From Patescibacteria group bacterium (GTDB taxonomy: Bacteria > Patescibacteriota > UBA1384 > XYA2-FULL-43-10 > 1-14-0-10-43-13), in NCBI GenBank assembly GCA_041666325.1, contig JBAYHC010000001.1, positions 329,708 to 393,707 on the forward strand: 64,000 bases of DNA, written 5' to 3'. Below, piece by piece: positions 1-10,600 of the stretch. The stretch's first letter is position 1, and each line of letters opens with the position of its first letter. The notes below the pieces were generated by a model. That model saw only the letters and a list, made by a program, of their open reading frames with translations. It did not search any database and had not been told where the DNA came from. The position numbers and the translations under genes were made by a program.

Positions 1-157
1 TTGTCAGCATTTCAGATAACGAGACTAGCACAAGCAAGAAAACAATCAAGCGAAAGAAAAAATAAAGACAACACTTCCTCTGTCTATAGCTAATCCATTC
101 ACAAAGATATTGTTTTGATTTTTTGTTGAGTATGAAGGCAAACTTTGTCTTTACTGG

Positions 158-186
158 TTGACTTCTGGACTCAAAAAAGGTACAAT
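158..186 (+). promoter_or_regulatory. Sigma70-like promoter TTGACT-17nt-TACAAT about 30 nt upstream of tRNA-Lys
   Basis: TTGACT at 158-163, 17-nt spacer, TACAAT at 181-186; tRNA starts at 219. Confidence 0.4.
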
Positions 187-218
187 TACTTCTGTTATTT
201 ACTGATTTGAATAATCTT

Positions 219-293
219 GGATCGCTAGCTCAATGGTAGAGCAGTGGCCTTTTAAGCCATTGGTTCTGAGTTCGAGTCTCAGGCGATCCACCA
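219..293 (+). tRNA. tRNA-Lys (anticodon UUU)
   Basis: Cloverleaf: acceptor GGATCGC/GCGATCC, D-arm GCTC..GAGC, anticodon loop CTTTTAA, T-arm CTGAG-TTCGAGT-CTCAG, encoded CCA; 75 nt. Confidence 0.85.
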
Positions 294-298
294 AAAAA

Positions 299-326
299 AC
301 GTTGAACGCAAGTTCAGCGTTTTTTT
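299..326. terminator. Bidirectional intrinsic terminator between tRNA-Lys (+) and the lepA 3' end (-)
   Basis: 9-bp stem ACGTTGAAC/GTTCAGCGT (one G-U), loop GCAA, T7 downstream on + and A7 upstream (a T-run on the minus strand). Confidence 0.6.
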
Positions 327-383
327 GATAGCATATTGAATTTAACCGAACAACAAAGGTCGTGTTTGTGCACACCGATAATC

Positions 384-2252
384 CTACTCGCTTCGGAGAA
401 CTTTAACAAAGACATCGCTTGGCACTTCGATGCGACCTATCTGTTTCATCTTCTTCTTGCCCTTCTTCTGCTTTTCCAGGAGCTTATTCTTTCTGGTTAC
501 GTCACCACCGTAAAGCTTGGCAATGACATCTTTCTTGAAAGGAGAAATTCGTTCCGAAGCAATAATCTTTCCACCAATAGCAGCTTGAATCTTAACTTCA
601 AAATTCTGGCGCGGAATTAACTCCTTCAGCTTTTCAACAATTCTTTTGCCCTCTGAATAAGTCTTTGATTTGTGCGTAATAAAACTGAGCGCATCAACTT
701 TCTCCTCGGCAATCAAAATATCCACTTTGTCCAGCTCGGCTGGGCAGTAGTTGGCGAGCTCATAGTTCATGGAAGCGTATCCCCTGGAAACGCTCTTAAT
801 CTGGTCGTAGAGGTCGATGATAACCTCAGCCAAGGGAACAGCGTAGCGCAATATTACTCTGTTTTCATCAAGATACTCCATTGTATCAAATTCAGCCCGT
901 TTCCGCTGAACCAGTTCCATGATATCGCCGACATATTCCTTCGGCGAAAAGACCTCAAGCTTTACTGTAGGCTCAAGAATTTCACGAAAGCTACCAAGAA
1001 TGGGAAAATCAGATGGACGGCAAATCTCTGTAACTTCACCTGAGAAATCGACAACTTCATACCGAACAGTCGGACTCGAAACAACAAGGGAGAGATTGTG
1101 TTCTCGCTCAAGCCGTTCTTTGACAATATCCATGTGCAAAAGTCCCAGGAATCCGCACCTGAAACCGAAACCAAGCGCCTCTGAGCGTTCAGTTTCGTAT
1201 GAGAGCGAAGCGTCATTCAACTTTAACTTCTCAATGGCCTCCTTCAACTCAGGATAATCGGACCCGTCAGCACAGTAAATTGACGAAAACACCAAAGGCA
1301 AAACCTTTTTGTAACCTGGGAGAGGAGAGTCGGCTACTTTTTCCTTGAGAGTTATCGTATCTCCAACTCGAGCCTCAGAGACATCTTTGAATCCAGTAAC
1401 AATGTAGCCGATCTCGCCGCTAGAGAGGGGAGAGGATGGAAAAAACTTCGGCGCAAAATATCCAACCTCGAGAGCGTGACCCTGGCTTTTTGTTTCCATC
1501 AAATGGAAGCTATCTTCTTTTTCGACCTTACCGTCAACGATCCTGACATAGGCCACGACACCCCGATATGGATCGTAAACGGAGTCAAAAATAAGAGCGC
1601 GCGTTGGCGCGTTACTATCCCCTGCCGGGGCAGGAATTCTCTCGACAATCCGATCCAAAATATCAACCACGCCTTCTCCTGTCTTACCAGAAGCGTATAA
1701 GATATCGTCCCTAGAGCAGCCCAGCACTTTAACAATTTCGTCGGCAGCCTCATCTGGTCGGGCGGCCGGAAGATCAATTTTATTTACAACCGGAATAATC
1801 TCCAGGTCATGATCCATGGCCGCATAGAGAACGGAGAGAGTTTGGGCCTCTATCCCCTGCGTCGCATCAACCAGCAAAACAGCTCCCTCCACAGCAGCCA
1901 GAGAACGTGAAACTTCATAGGCAAAATCAACATGACCTGGGGTATCAATCAGATTAAGGATATATTCCTCTGAATCAGGAATCATTAACTTTGAGTCATG
2001 GATGATTGCGCTGGGATTGTCTTTAATTCGTAATTCGTAATTTTTAATTGCCTTGATCGGAGACCAAAGCATCCGCACTGGTGCGAGTTTGATCGTAATC
2101 CCCCGCTCCCTCTCTAGATCAAGCTGATCCAAGAGCTGCTCTTTCATCTCGCGCTTCTGTACAGTATTGGTCAACTCGAGCATGCGGTCAGCCAAAGTTG
2201 ACTTACCGTGATCTATATGCGCAATTATACAAAAATTTCTGATTTTCGTCAT
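384..2252 (-). CDS. lepA: Elongation factor 4 (LepA), translational GTPase
   Basis: G1 motif AHIDHGKST, DTPGHVDF, NKID, and LepA-specific C-terminal domain over the full length. Confidence 0.9.
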   Translation of the reverse strand: MTKIRNFCIIAHIDHGKSTLADRMLELTNTVQKREMKEQLLDQLDLERERGITIKLAPVRMLWSPIKAIKNYELRIKDNPSAIIHDSKLMIPDSEEYILNLIDTPGHVDFAYEVSRSLAAVEGAVLLVDATQGIEAQTLSVLYAAMDHDLEIIPVVNKIDLPAARPDEAADEIVKVLGCSRDDILYASGKTGEGVVDILDRIVERIPAPAGDSNAPTRALIFDSVYDPYRGVVAYVRIVDGKVEKEDSFHLMETKSQGHALEVGYFAPKFFPSSPLSSGEIGYIVTGFKDVSEARVGDTITLKEKVADSPLPGYKKVLPLVFSSIYCADGSDYPELKEAIEKLKLNDASLSYETERSEALGFGFRCGFLGLLHMDIVKERLEREHNLSLVVSSPTVRYEVVDFSGEVTEICRPSDFPILGSFREILEPTVKLEVFSPKEYVGDIMELVQRKRAEFDTMEYLDENRVILRYAVPLAEVIIDLYDQIKSVSRGYASMNYELANYCPAELDKVDILIAEEKVDALSFITHKSKTYSEGKRIVEKLKELIPRQNFEVKIQAAIGGKIIASERISPFKKDVIAKLYGGDVTRKNKLLEKQKKGKKKMKQIGRIEVPSDVFVKVLRSE

Positions 2253-2387
2253 ATCAAATTATACTAGACCATTTTGCCTAATTTGTCGAATTAAAGAGCG
2301 CCCTGAAAATCCTGCTTTAACAGCAACGATTTTGAAACAATTTTAGGCTAACCGGATTTTGTCCCATCCAGGCAGAACAAAATTGGC

Positions 2388-4352
2388 CTACTCATACCTT
2401 AATGCTTCCATTGGAGAAAGACGGGATGCGCGCTTCGCTGGATACCATCCGGCGAGCAATGCAACCAAAACGGTGAGAACAAGCATCTCTGCCCCGAAAT
2501 AGAATGGAGTAACAAATATCTTTAAGCTCGTTTCGATATTACTAGCGGAAGCAAGGTAGGCCAAGATTGAATTGATTAACCAACCAAAGAGTAGCGACCC
2601 AGTGATGCCGACCAGCCCACCCCAAAAACCAAAGAATATAACCTCATACTGGAATATCTGTTTAACATCTTTATTCGTTGCGCCAATAGCCTTCATTATT
2701 CCAACTTCATGCGTGCGCTCCAGAAGCGAGATAGTCATAATATTTATGATGCCTAGAAGCGCCACCAGTAATCCAACCGCTCCAATTACTCCCAAAACAA
2801 TCTGGATTATCAAAAAAACCCTATCTATCTGTTTGACCAGATCAGTAACAGAGGTAGTTGATAGACCTAATTTCTCAACAGAATCACGAATCGCCTCAAC
2901 ATTCTTGCGGTCATTTGCCCTAACCTTGACTGAATTGTATTGGGTCGATCCAGTCAGAGTCTTCAGCCTAGAAAGAGGCACATAGGCAGCGACCACAACA
3001 TCATCAGAGGTAGAACCTTCGATTTTACCTTCTATATCAATATTTTTAGAATCTCTCAGGTCAGCAAGGGATAAGTTGTTGCCTTGCGGCAAAACTGTCA
3101 ATTGGAATCTTGCTGTCTTGCCCAACAAGCCTGACTCATCTTTGATATCTAGCCCCTTTAGCGCTGCCCTAGAGAGCAAGATGCTATCATCCGCGGACAA
3201 GCCATTTTTTTGGTCTGTCTTGATCCCCTCCAGCGCCAGGGCATCACTTCTAATTCCGTAAACCATCGTTTGAGTTGTCGCACCACCAAGTGTTATCTTG
3301 CCAGGCAATGAGAGTGTTGGACTTACCAACGCAACGTTAGGAATTTTGGTCAACCGATCAACTAAGTTGTCATCAAGATTAAGGACAGAATCTTTGCCAA
3401 CTGTCACAGTAATAGTCTTTAGCGCCTCGAAAGAGGCAATCTGACTCGAAGTGATTTGCTGTAACCCAATCCCCAATGAAACCAAAGTTATGATTGACCC
3501 AACACCAAGTGCAATGCCCAATGTAGTCAAAGCGGTCCGTAACCTTTTACCCAAGAAGTGTAGACGTGATAGGCGCAACATGTCAAAAAAGCGCAAACCA
3601 CGGTTCTTGTGAGCAGCGATATAATATGGCAAATCGTGATCTTCAACAAAACATTCTCCAGAAGTCAAAGAATTCTTTTCGTGAGCGACCCGACCATCAC
3701 GCATGTAGATAATTCTGTTGCCATACTCTAAGTATTCAGGATTATGAGTAACTAGTATTATTGTTCTTCCCCACTTATTGACCTGCTTCAAAAGCTTCAT
3801 AATTTCCAAACCGGTCGGTTCGTCAAGATTTCCGGTCGGCTCATCTACCAGTAGTATCCATGGATTAGCAGCCATTGCCCGAGCAACAGCAATTCTCTGC
3901 TGCTCTCCACCAGACAGTTCACCTGGACGGTGTTTTGCTCGATCGGATAGCCCTACAGCCTTTAGCATCTCAACCGCCCTACTATCAGATTCTTTTCTCG
4001 TCGTCCCAGCTAAAGTTAGTGGCAAAGAAATATTATCTCTAGCAGATAACATCGACACTAGATTGAATTGTTGAAAGACCATGCCGATTTTACTGCGTCG
4101 GTAGAGTGCTAGATCTTTCTCCTTCATTTGAGCCAAGTCAGCGCCACGCACAATCACCTGACCGGAGGTCGGTTTATCTAGACCAGCCAACAGACTAAGA
4201 AGCGTTGTTTTACCACAACCCGAAGGACCAAAAACAACAACAAAGTCACCGGAATAAATCTCAAGGTCAACACCGCGCAGAGCATCAACTTTATGTGACC
4301 CTACTCTAAAAGACTTCTTCAGTGCCGAAATTTTGATGATAGAATGTGTCAT
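2388..4352 (-). CDS. MacB-type ABC transporter, ATPase-FtsX permease fusion
   Basis: N-terminal Walker A GPSGCGKTT, LSGGEQQR signature, Walker B LLVDEPTGNLD; C-terminal 4-TM FtsX-like permease with a large extracytoplasmic loop. Confidence 0.8.
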   Translation of the reverse strand: MTHSIIKISALKKSFRVGSHKVDALRGVDLEIYSGDFVVVFGPSGCGKTTLLSLLAGLDKPTSGQVIVRGADLAQMKEKDLALYRRSKIGMVFQQFNLVSMLSARDNISLPLTLAGTTRKESDSRAVEMLKAVGLSDRAKHRPGELSGGEQQRIAVARAMAANPWILLVDEPTGNLDEPTGLEIMKLLKQVNKWGRTIILVTHNPEYLEYGNRIIYMRDGRVAHEKNSLTSGECFVEDHDLPYYIAAHKNRGLRFFDMLRLSRLHFLGKRLRTALTTLGIALGVGSIITLVSLGIGLQQITSSQIASFEALKTITVTVGKDSVLNLDDNLVDRLTKIPNVALVSPTLSLPGKITLGGATTQTMVYGIRSDALALEGIKTDQKNGLSADDSILLSRAALKGLDIKDESGLLGKTARFQLTVLPQGNNLSLADLRDSKNIDIEGKIEGSTSDDVVVAAYVPLSRLKTLTGSTQYNSVKVRANDRKNVEAIRDSVEKLGLSTTSVTDLVKQIDRVFLIIQIVLGVIGAVGLLVALLGIINIMTISLLERTHEVGIMKAIGATNKDVKQIFQYEVIFFGFWGGLVGITGSLLFGWLINSILAYLASASNIETSLKIFVTPFYFGAEMLVLTVLVALLAGWYPAKRASRLSPMEALRYE

Positions 4353-4627
4353 TTCTTTGCTTTCTCCTGAATTCCGTTCATCTTTTCCTCGATATCAGTT
4401 ACCTCTAGCATCAGTTCAAATATGGCAATAGTTATCAGCGCAATGAGTACTGAGACGATCAGCAAACCAACAACTATGCCAATCTTCTTTTGAACCACCG
4501 CCTCAGGATACCGGATAAGAACAATGAGTGCCATGAGCACAATCGCTAAAGCAATTGTTACGCCTATCACCAGACAGAGATAGGCTCCAGTTCTCACCAA
4601 TATGTTTTTAGATTTTATGTTCATCAA
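4349..4627 (-). CDS. Small two-TM membrane protein between the giant gene and the MacB gene
   Basis: 92-aa ORF with two hydrophobic helices, 4-nt overlap with the downstream MacB gene and 5 nt after the giant gene stop. Confidence 0.45.
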   Translation of the reverse strand: MMNIKSKNILVRTGAYLCLVIGVTIALAIVLMALIVLIRYPEAVVQKKIGIVVGLLIVSVLIALITIAIFELMLEVTDIEEKMNGIQEKAKK

Positions 4628-4632
4628 TTGCC

Positions 4633-7600
4633 CTAATTATTTATCCAGTCCTCAAACCCAGAGAAGGCCTGCTGCAAAGCATGCAGGATTACCTCTAGCA
4701 CACTCTCGTCTACCGGTGGTCTCTCAGTGGCAAATACCTGATCGTCGCTCTCGCTCGATGCGTCTTGGCTGCTTGCCGACAAACGGAAGTGGTAGGTGGT
4801 ATTTGGCTTCAACCTCTCAATGAGCAATGTGTGCGACTGATTCAAATCGTCACCGGCCCCAATCTCCTGACCATACGACGCACTCTCGCCATAATTTACC
4901 TTCGCTTTAGATAATGTATCCGTTTTGAAGCTAACGATGACGCTCGATTCGCTCTGGCTGGTCATACCCTGTTCGATTTTTATGTCTTGGATGACTGGCG
5001 TCCCAGAAGTGCCCTCGCTGGCCTCCCTTACTTCATCGCCTAGCCTATAGCTATATCTTCGCCCACTCTTAATCTGAAAATCAATGTAGAAGTTATTCTC
5101 TGTTTCGACAATCGCAACAAAATCTCCATCTTCTTCCTTGCGCTCCAGTTTCTTCGTGCCATCACCCTCCCAATAGATGGCGTTAGCCGGACGGTCAGGT
5201 GTGGAAATGTTGATAACAGACAAGATCGACTCACCATTGCTAGCATTCGCAGTCCCAGCGCTGTAACTCAGGAGGTTTTTGATCGCATTAGCAATACCAG
5301 AAAACGCATCAGTTATATTTTGAAGGATAATCTCCAAAACACCCTTGTCCTTGATTACTTGTTTTGTTGCAAGGGACTGGTCTGGCGAGACAACCTCATT
5401 CCCATGTTTATCCTTTGTGATGATTCTGTAATGGTAAGTGGTATTCGGCACCAAATCAGACAGAATTACCGTATGGGTTGAATTCAATCCGGAATCAAGC
5501 ACCGTCTTGTTAGTGTAGTCACTGCCCTGCCCGTACTCTACCTGCGAGGTTGATGGCACAGTGGTTTTCCAGGTAACTTTGGCCTGGGTCTTCTTGCCTG
5601 AGACCTCAGATGGCATAGCATTAATATCGGTTATCTCAAGCTTGCCCTCACCAATGACGGAAGACGAGAGCTTGATAGTTTTGCTTCCAGCCTGTTGGTT
5701 GGTTGTTTTGAGAACTGTTGTATCTGCTAAAATGCCCTCAAGTCTGCCTGAAACATTTTGAGCACGATCAATTGCAACAACCGAGTAGCTAGCTGATTCT
5801 TCAGCTGTCGTGCCGTCAAAATAATAAGCATAGCCTGATAACTTATCCTCGGTCACCTTTTCAGTTATTAACTTACTGGCAGCAACAATTGATTGGTCAT
5901 CTTTTGCAACTGCATATCCCAATAGGCCCGACCCGTCTTCCTTGGCTAAAGGCCAAACCAAAGCGACAGCATACTTTCCTGAAGCTCGATCGGAAGCATC
6001 GAACATCATCATGGTCTCACTCATCTGTGGCTTCTCCGTATCAACAATCATAGCTAGCTCACTAGAGTATGATGAAGTATTACCCAAGTTATCCTTGGCC
6101 TGAATTCGAGCATAGTAAATGCCGTCAGTTGGCAATTGATATTTAGCAGTCGGCATGTCAGCATTAGTCAAGGTTGAGACAAGAATTTCTTGGCTATCGA
6201 CGACATCCTTCAACCCGGAGGCTCTACCGATCGAAAGATAATAGGCCTTGATGCCTGAGTTGTCGTCGGTAGATAAGTTCCAGGTGAAAGCAATATCTTT
6301 CTTGTTGACAATTTCTTTGGAATCAAGCAATGAAACTCTTTCAGTGATTGTCGGGCTGCCTGGAGTGGTTGGATTGTCGGAGTCAGGCTTGCCTGAAACT
6401 TGGGTTGAAGCAGAAGAGTAGTTGTCAGCGTCATCGAGCGCCTTGATTGCATAGTAGTAAGTGGTGTTATTCTCAGCAGTGGTGTCAACGTAGGTTGCTT
6501 CGCTCGTGGTTGTTGTGCTGGCGATCTTGTTAGCGACCAAATCAGGTGTAAAGTTCTCGGTAGTCGAACGGAAGATAGCGATATTGACAAAGTCTGAGTC
6601 GGTCGGATTAGTCCAGGAAAGGGAGATCGAGGTGTTGCCGGAGACGGCAACCAAGCCGGTTGGTAGAGCGGGCGCAGTCGTGTCGAGAACGATCGTGTCA
6701 GAAATAACCTCGGACTCATTTCCGTATTGATCTTTGAGCTTGAGGTAAACTGTGCGGATGCTGTCGGCACCGGCAGCAAGTACCCAGGATTTGGTGGTAG
6801 CAAAAGTTTCATAGTCAGCCGATCCTAATTCAGATTCACTATTGGCCACTTTCATCTGTGGAGCCTTGTCAGTTGTCACACTTAGTGTGACTGTAGTCGC
6901 ATTAGACTTGGCTGCAGCATCATTGATCGAGATAGTGCCAGTTGGATTGGTGTCATCGTTGGTGATGGTGTAGGTATGAGTTTGATTTGCTCCGATCGTT
7001 GCGTTCGAGGGGTCAGAAAGGGTAGCAACCAAAGTTTCGTCAGCCTCCACCACTCCGTTATCAGTGACTGCCAGAGCAATGCTTTTGCTCGTCTCGCCGG
7101 CAGCAAATGTCAATGTCCCGGAAGCGGCAGTGTAGTCTGAGCCGGCCTCAGCTGTTCCATCCGAGGTAGCGTAAGCAACGGTAATTTCTTTAGCTGAAGC
7201 CAAGGAGAGAGAGACAGTAATAGTTGGAGCTACCACTGTTTCTAAACCGCTCGAACTGGCTGCTAAGAATCCAACCGTTGGCGGATTGTCATTGTCAGCG
7301 ATGGTATAGGTGTATTCGGTGGTCGCCCCGAGGGCGACATTGGTCGGATTGCTGATGTCGATAACGACGGTCTCATCCAGCTCATCGGTCGGATCATCAA
7401 CAACCGCAAAACCAAGTGTTGTAGAAGCTTGGCCAGCAGCAACCGTGGCCGTACCATTGGCCAAGGTGTAATCAGTCCCGGAACCAGCAGCTGTACCAGA
7501 GAGGGCGTATGATACCGTAATATTACGACCGGAAACAGCTGAGAGGGAAAGAGTGATTGATTTAGATGTGACGCTCTCAGCCCCACTCTCGGCATCGGTA

Positions 7601-10600
7601 TCAAATGTGATTGATGGGGTGGCATCATCATCGGTGATGGTGTAGGTGTGGGTTGTATTACTACCAAGAGATGAATTAGCTGGATTAGAAAGAGTCAGGA
7701 TAATCGTTTCATTGTCCTCATCGAGGGCATCATTGACAATCGTGACCGGAATATTGACCGAGGTCTCCCCTGCCGCTATCTCGGCGGTGCCGGCAGCCAA
7801 AGTGTAGTCGGTGCCTGAACCGGTGGCTGTGCCGGAGAGAGTGTATTGGGCTGAGGTCGCCAAGCCGGATGCCACATCCAGAGAGACGGCGATATTGACA
7901 GATGTTGTACTCTCGGCATTACCAGACGTTGTACTACTGAATTGAATCACTGCTGGATTATCATTATCAGTGATGGTGTAAGTGATGGCGGAATTGACAC
8001 CGAGGCCGGCGTTGGCTGGATTGGAGAGGGTAACGATAACTGTCTCATCGTTCTCATCCAAAGTGTCATTGACGATGGTGAGGGGGATGGTGGTAGATGT
8101 TGCTTCAGCAGCAATCGTCGCCACACCATTGGCCAGAGTGTAATCCGTGCCAGAGCCAGAGGCCGTACCGGTGACAGTGTAGCCGGCGGTGATTTCCTGG
8201 CTGGAAGCGTTGGACAGATTAACAGTCAGCGTGACTGATGTCGTCGCTTCACTGCCGCTGGCAGTGGCCGCACTAAAGGCAATAGTAGGCGTGCCATCAT
8301 CATCGGTAATGTAGGCCGTGACCTGTTGCGGTGTTGCCTCCGTGCCGTTGGTGATAGAGTCGATATCGACGATCATAGTCTCGTCCGATTCATCAAGGGA
8401 ATCATCAACCCCGGTTAGACTTGCCGTGCCGGTTAACTCCCCTGCTGCGACAACGATTGAAGCGCTACTTCGAGTGTAATCCGTGATGTTGGTCGCTGTG
8501 CCGGAATAGGCCAGATTGACGGTCACGCTCTTGCCCGACACGGCTGAAAGCGTTGCTGTTGCCACCGCCACTCCACCATTTTCAGCCAAAGGCGAATCAG
8601 CCAGAGACAGTGTAACACTGGGCGCATTATCGTCATCAGTAATGGTGTAAGTATGGGCAGTATTTGCTCCGAGCGTCGCATTTGTCGGAGATGAGATTGT
8701 CATGATCACCGCTTCATCAACCTCATCAGCCAGATCGTTAGCGATAGAGAGCGGCAGGGTCGTCGTAGTGCCTCCGGCCGTAATGGTTGCTGTCCCGCTG
8801 GCCAGGGTATAATCAGTACCGGAACCGGTCGCTGTGCCACCTGTGACAGCATAGCTGACACTGACGTTCTCGGAAGATTGCGAAGGAATTGAGATTTCGA
8901 TAGATGGTGAAAGTGTTGATTCAGCGCCAGAGCTTGAGGCCAAGGTAAATTGAACCGCTGGAACTTGAGAGGTTGTGAAAGAGACATATGAGCCGTAGCT
9001 TGTGCCGATGCTGTTGGTAGCATAAGCCCGAATGTAATATGTCGTATTGAGAGTTAAGCCCGTGATTGTTTTGGTGAAAGCCTCAGCACCAAAATCACCA
9101 CTATCGTAAGAATCCCAAGTATCCGTCTCAGTCAAGCCATATTTGAAGCCGCGAACAGTCGCATTAGCTCCGCCCGTTGCAGTGGTGGTGCCATTGGCCA
9201 CAATCGTTGTTTGTAAAACAGTTGTCGCCGCCTGGGTTGTCACCGTCGGTGTTGTGGTAAACCAGCCGGTGTTACCACCACCATTGGTTGAATTGGTTGG
9301 GAGTATGGCAGTGCCCTGATTGTTGGAGTTCGAAACATTGGCGTATGAAATGTTCACACTTCCCTGAGGCAAGACATTCCACTGGCCGCTTCCCCCGCTT
9401 CGCTGCAAGGCGATCAAGTGGTCGGCCGCGCCGGTCACCGTCCAAGTTCCGGCAATTGTCTGGGTATCGCCGGCATTAAATGAGAGCGTCTGATCTTGCG
9501 TGGTGGTTGAGAAGGCGTTAAAAGTGGTCGAGCCGGATATGGTCTGGCTTGTCCCATCAAAGACAACGGTGCCGGAATTGTGGGTGAAGGCGCCGCTTGA
9601 TTTGGTCCAATCACCAGAGACTTGAAGCTGGCCAGAGGTTGAGGTAAATGTCCCACCAGCCAGAGCGAGATTGCCATTGATGTCAACCGTGCCGGAGCCA
9701 CCGGAGAAGTTACCGTTTGATACATCAAAATTTGCCACACCGACGGTGATCGAATGTGTACTTGACTGAGTCAACGTGCCGTTATCAATATCAACTCCCC
9801 GAGCGGTCAAATTAGTCGGCAGAGTAAATGTCCCGCCAGCACCATTGATCCAAAGTGTAGCGTTGGTATATGTCCAGTTCTTGATGTCTCGTGTTCCAGA
9901 TGTTGCATGGTATTCTATCGTAGCGCCCTCAGTGATAGTATCGAGCGTTGAGACCGCGGCTTCATCCCCTGTCATCTTCAAGACACCGGCAGCACCGATG
10001 GTAAACTGATCATTGACGGTCAAGTCCTGGCCATTTAGATCCAAAGTTCCGGAGGTGATAGCAAGATCTTGAGTAGCATTATTTAAAGTTAAGGCTGCCT
10101 CAGCGCGAATCGTCCCCCCACTGACCGTCCAAGAACCCATATAGCCTGGCGACGCGCCGACAACCAACGTTCCGTTACCATTTTTTGTTAAGGTTCGGGC
10201 ATTGCCCCCGCCGGTCATCGCTCCGCCTACTGTCAAGGTGCCACCATTTACGGTCACGCTCCGATTAGCGTTTAGCGTGGGAACTCCTGTACCAAGATTG
10301 AGGTCATTGGTACCGGTGAAGGCAAAATCACCATTCCACGCCATGACATTATTGTTCGCCAGAGTGATCGACGTGCCGGAGGTGTTGTCAATTGTTCCGC
10401 CGGATATTGTAAAAGTCCCTGATCCAATAGCTTGGGCATGGTTGATGTTGAGTGTACCAGCCGACACAGTCATACCATTGCTAAAGGTGTTGGCACCACC
10501 TAAAGTCAAAGTGCCTACGCCAGCCTTACTAAACGTCTTGGCTCCACTTATAACACCATTGATCGTCAGAGTATGACTGTTGACAGTAAAACCAGATCCG

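Noticed and set aside
336-620. ORF 336-620 (+) just after the tRNA-Lys terminator
   Set aside because: It is antisense to the well-supported lepA 3' end, with low-complexity translation
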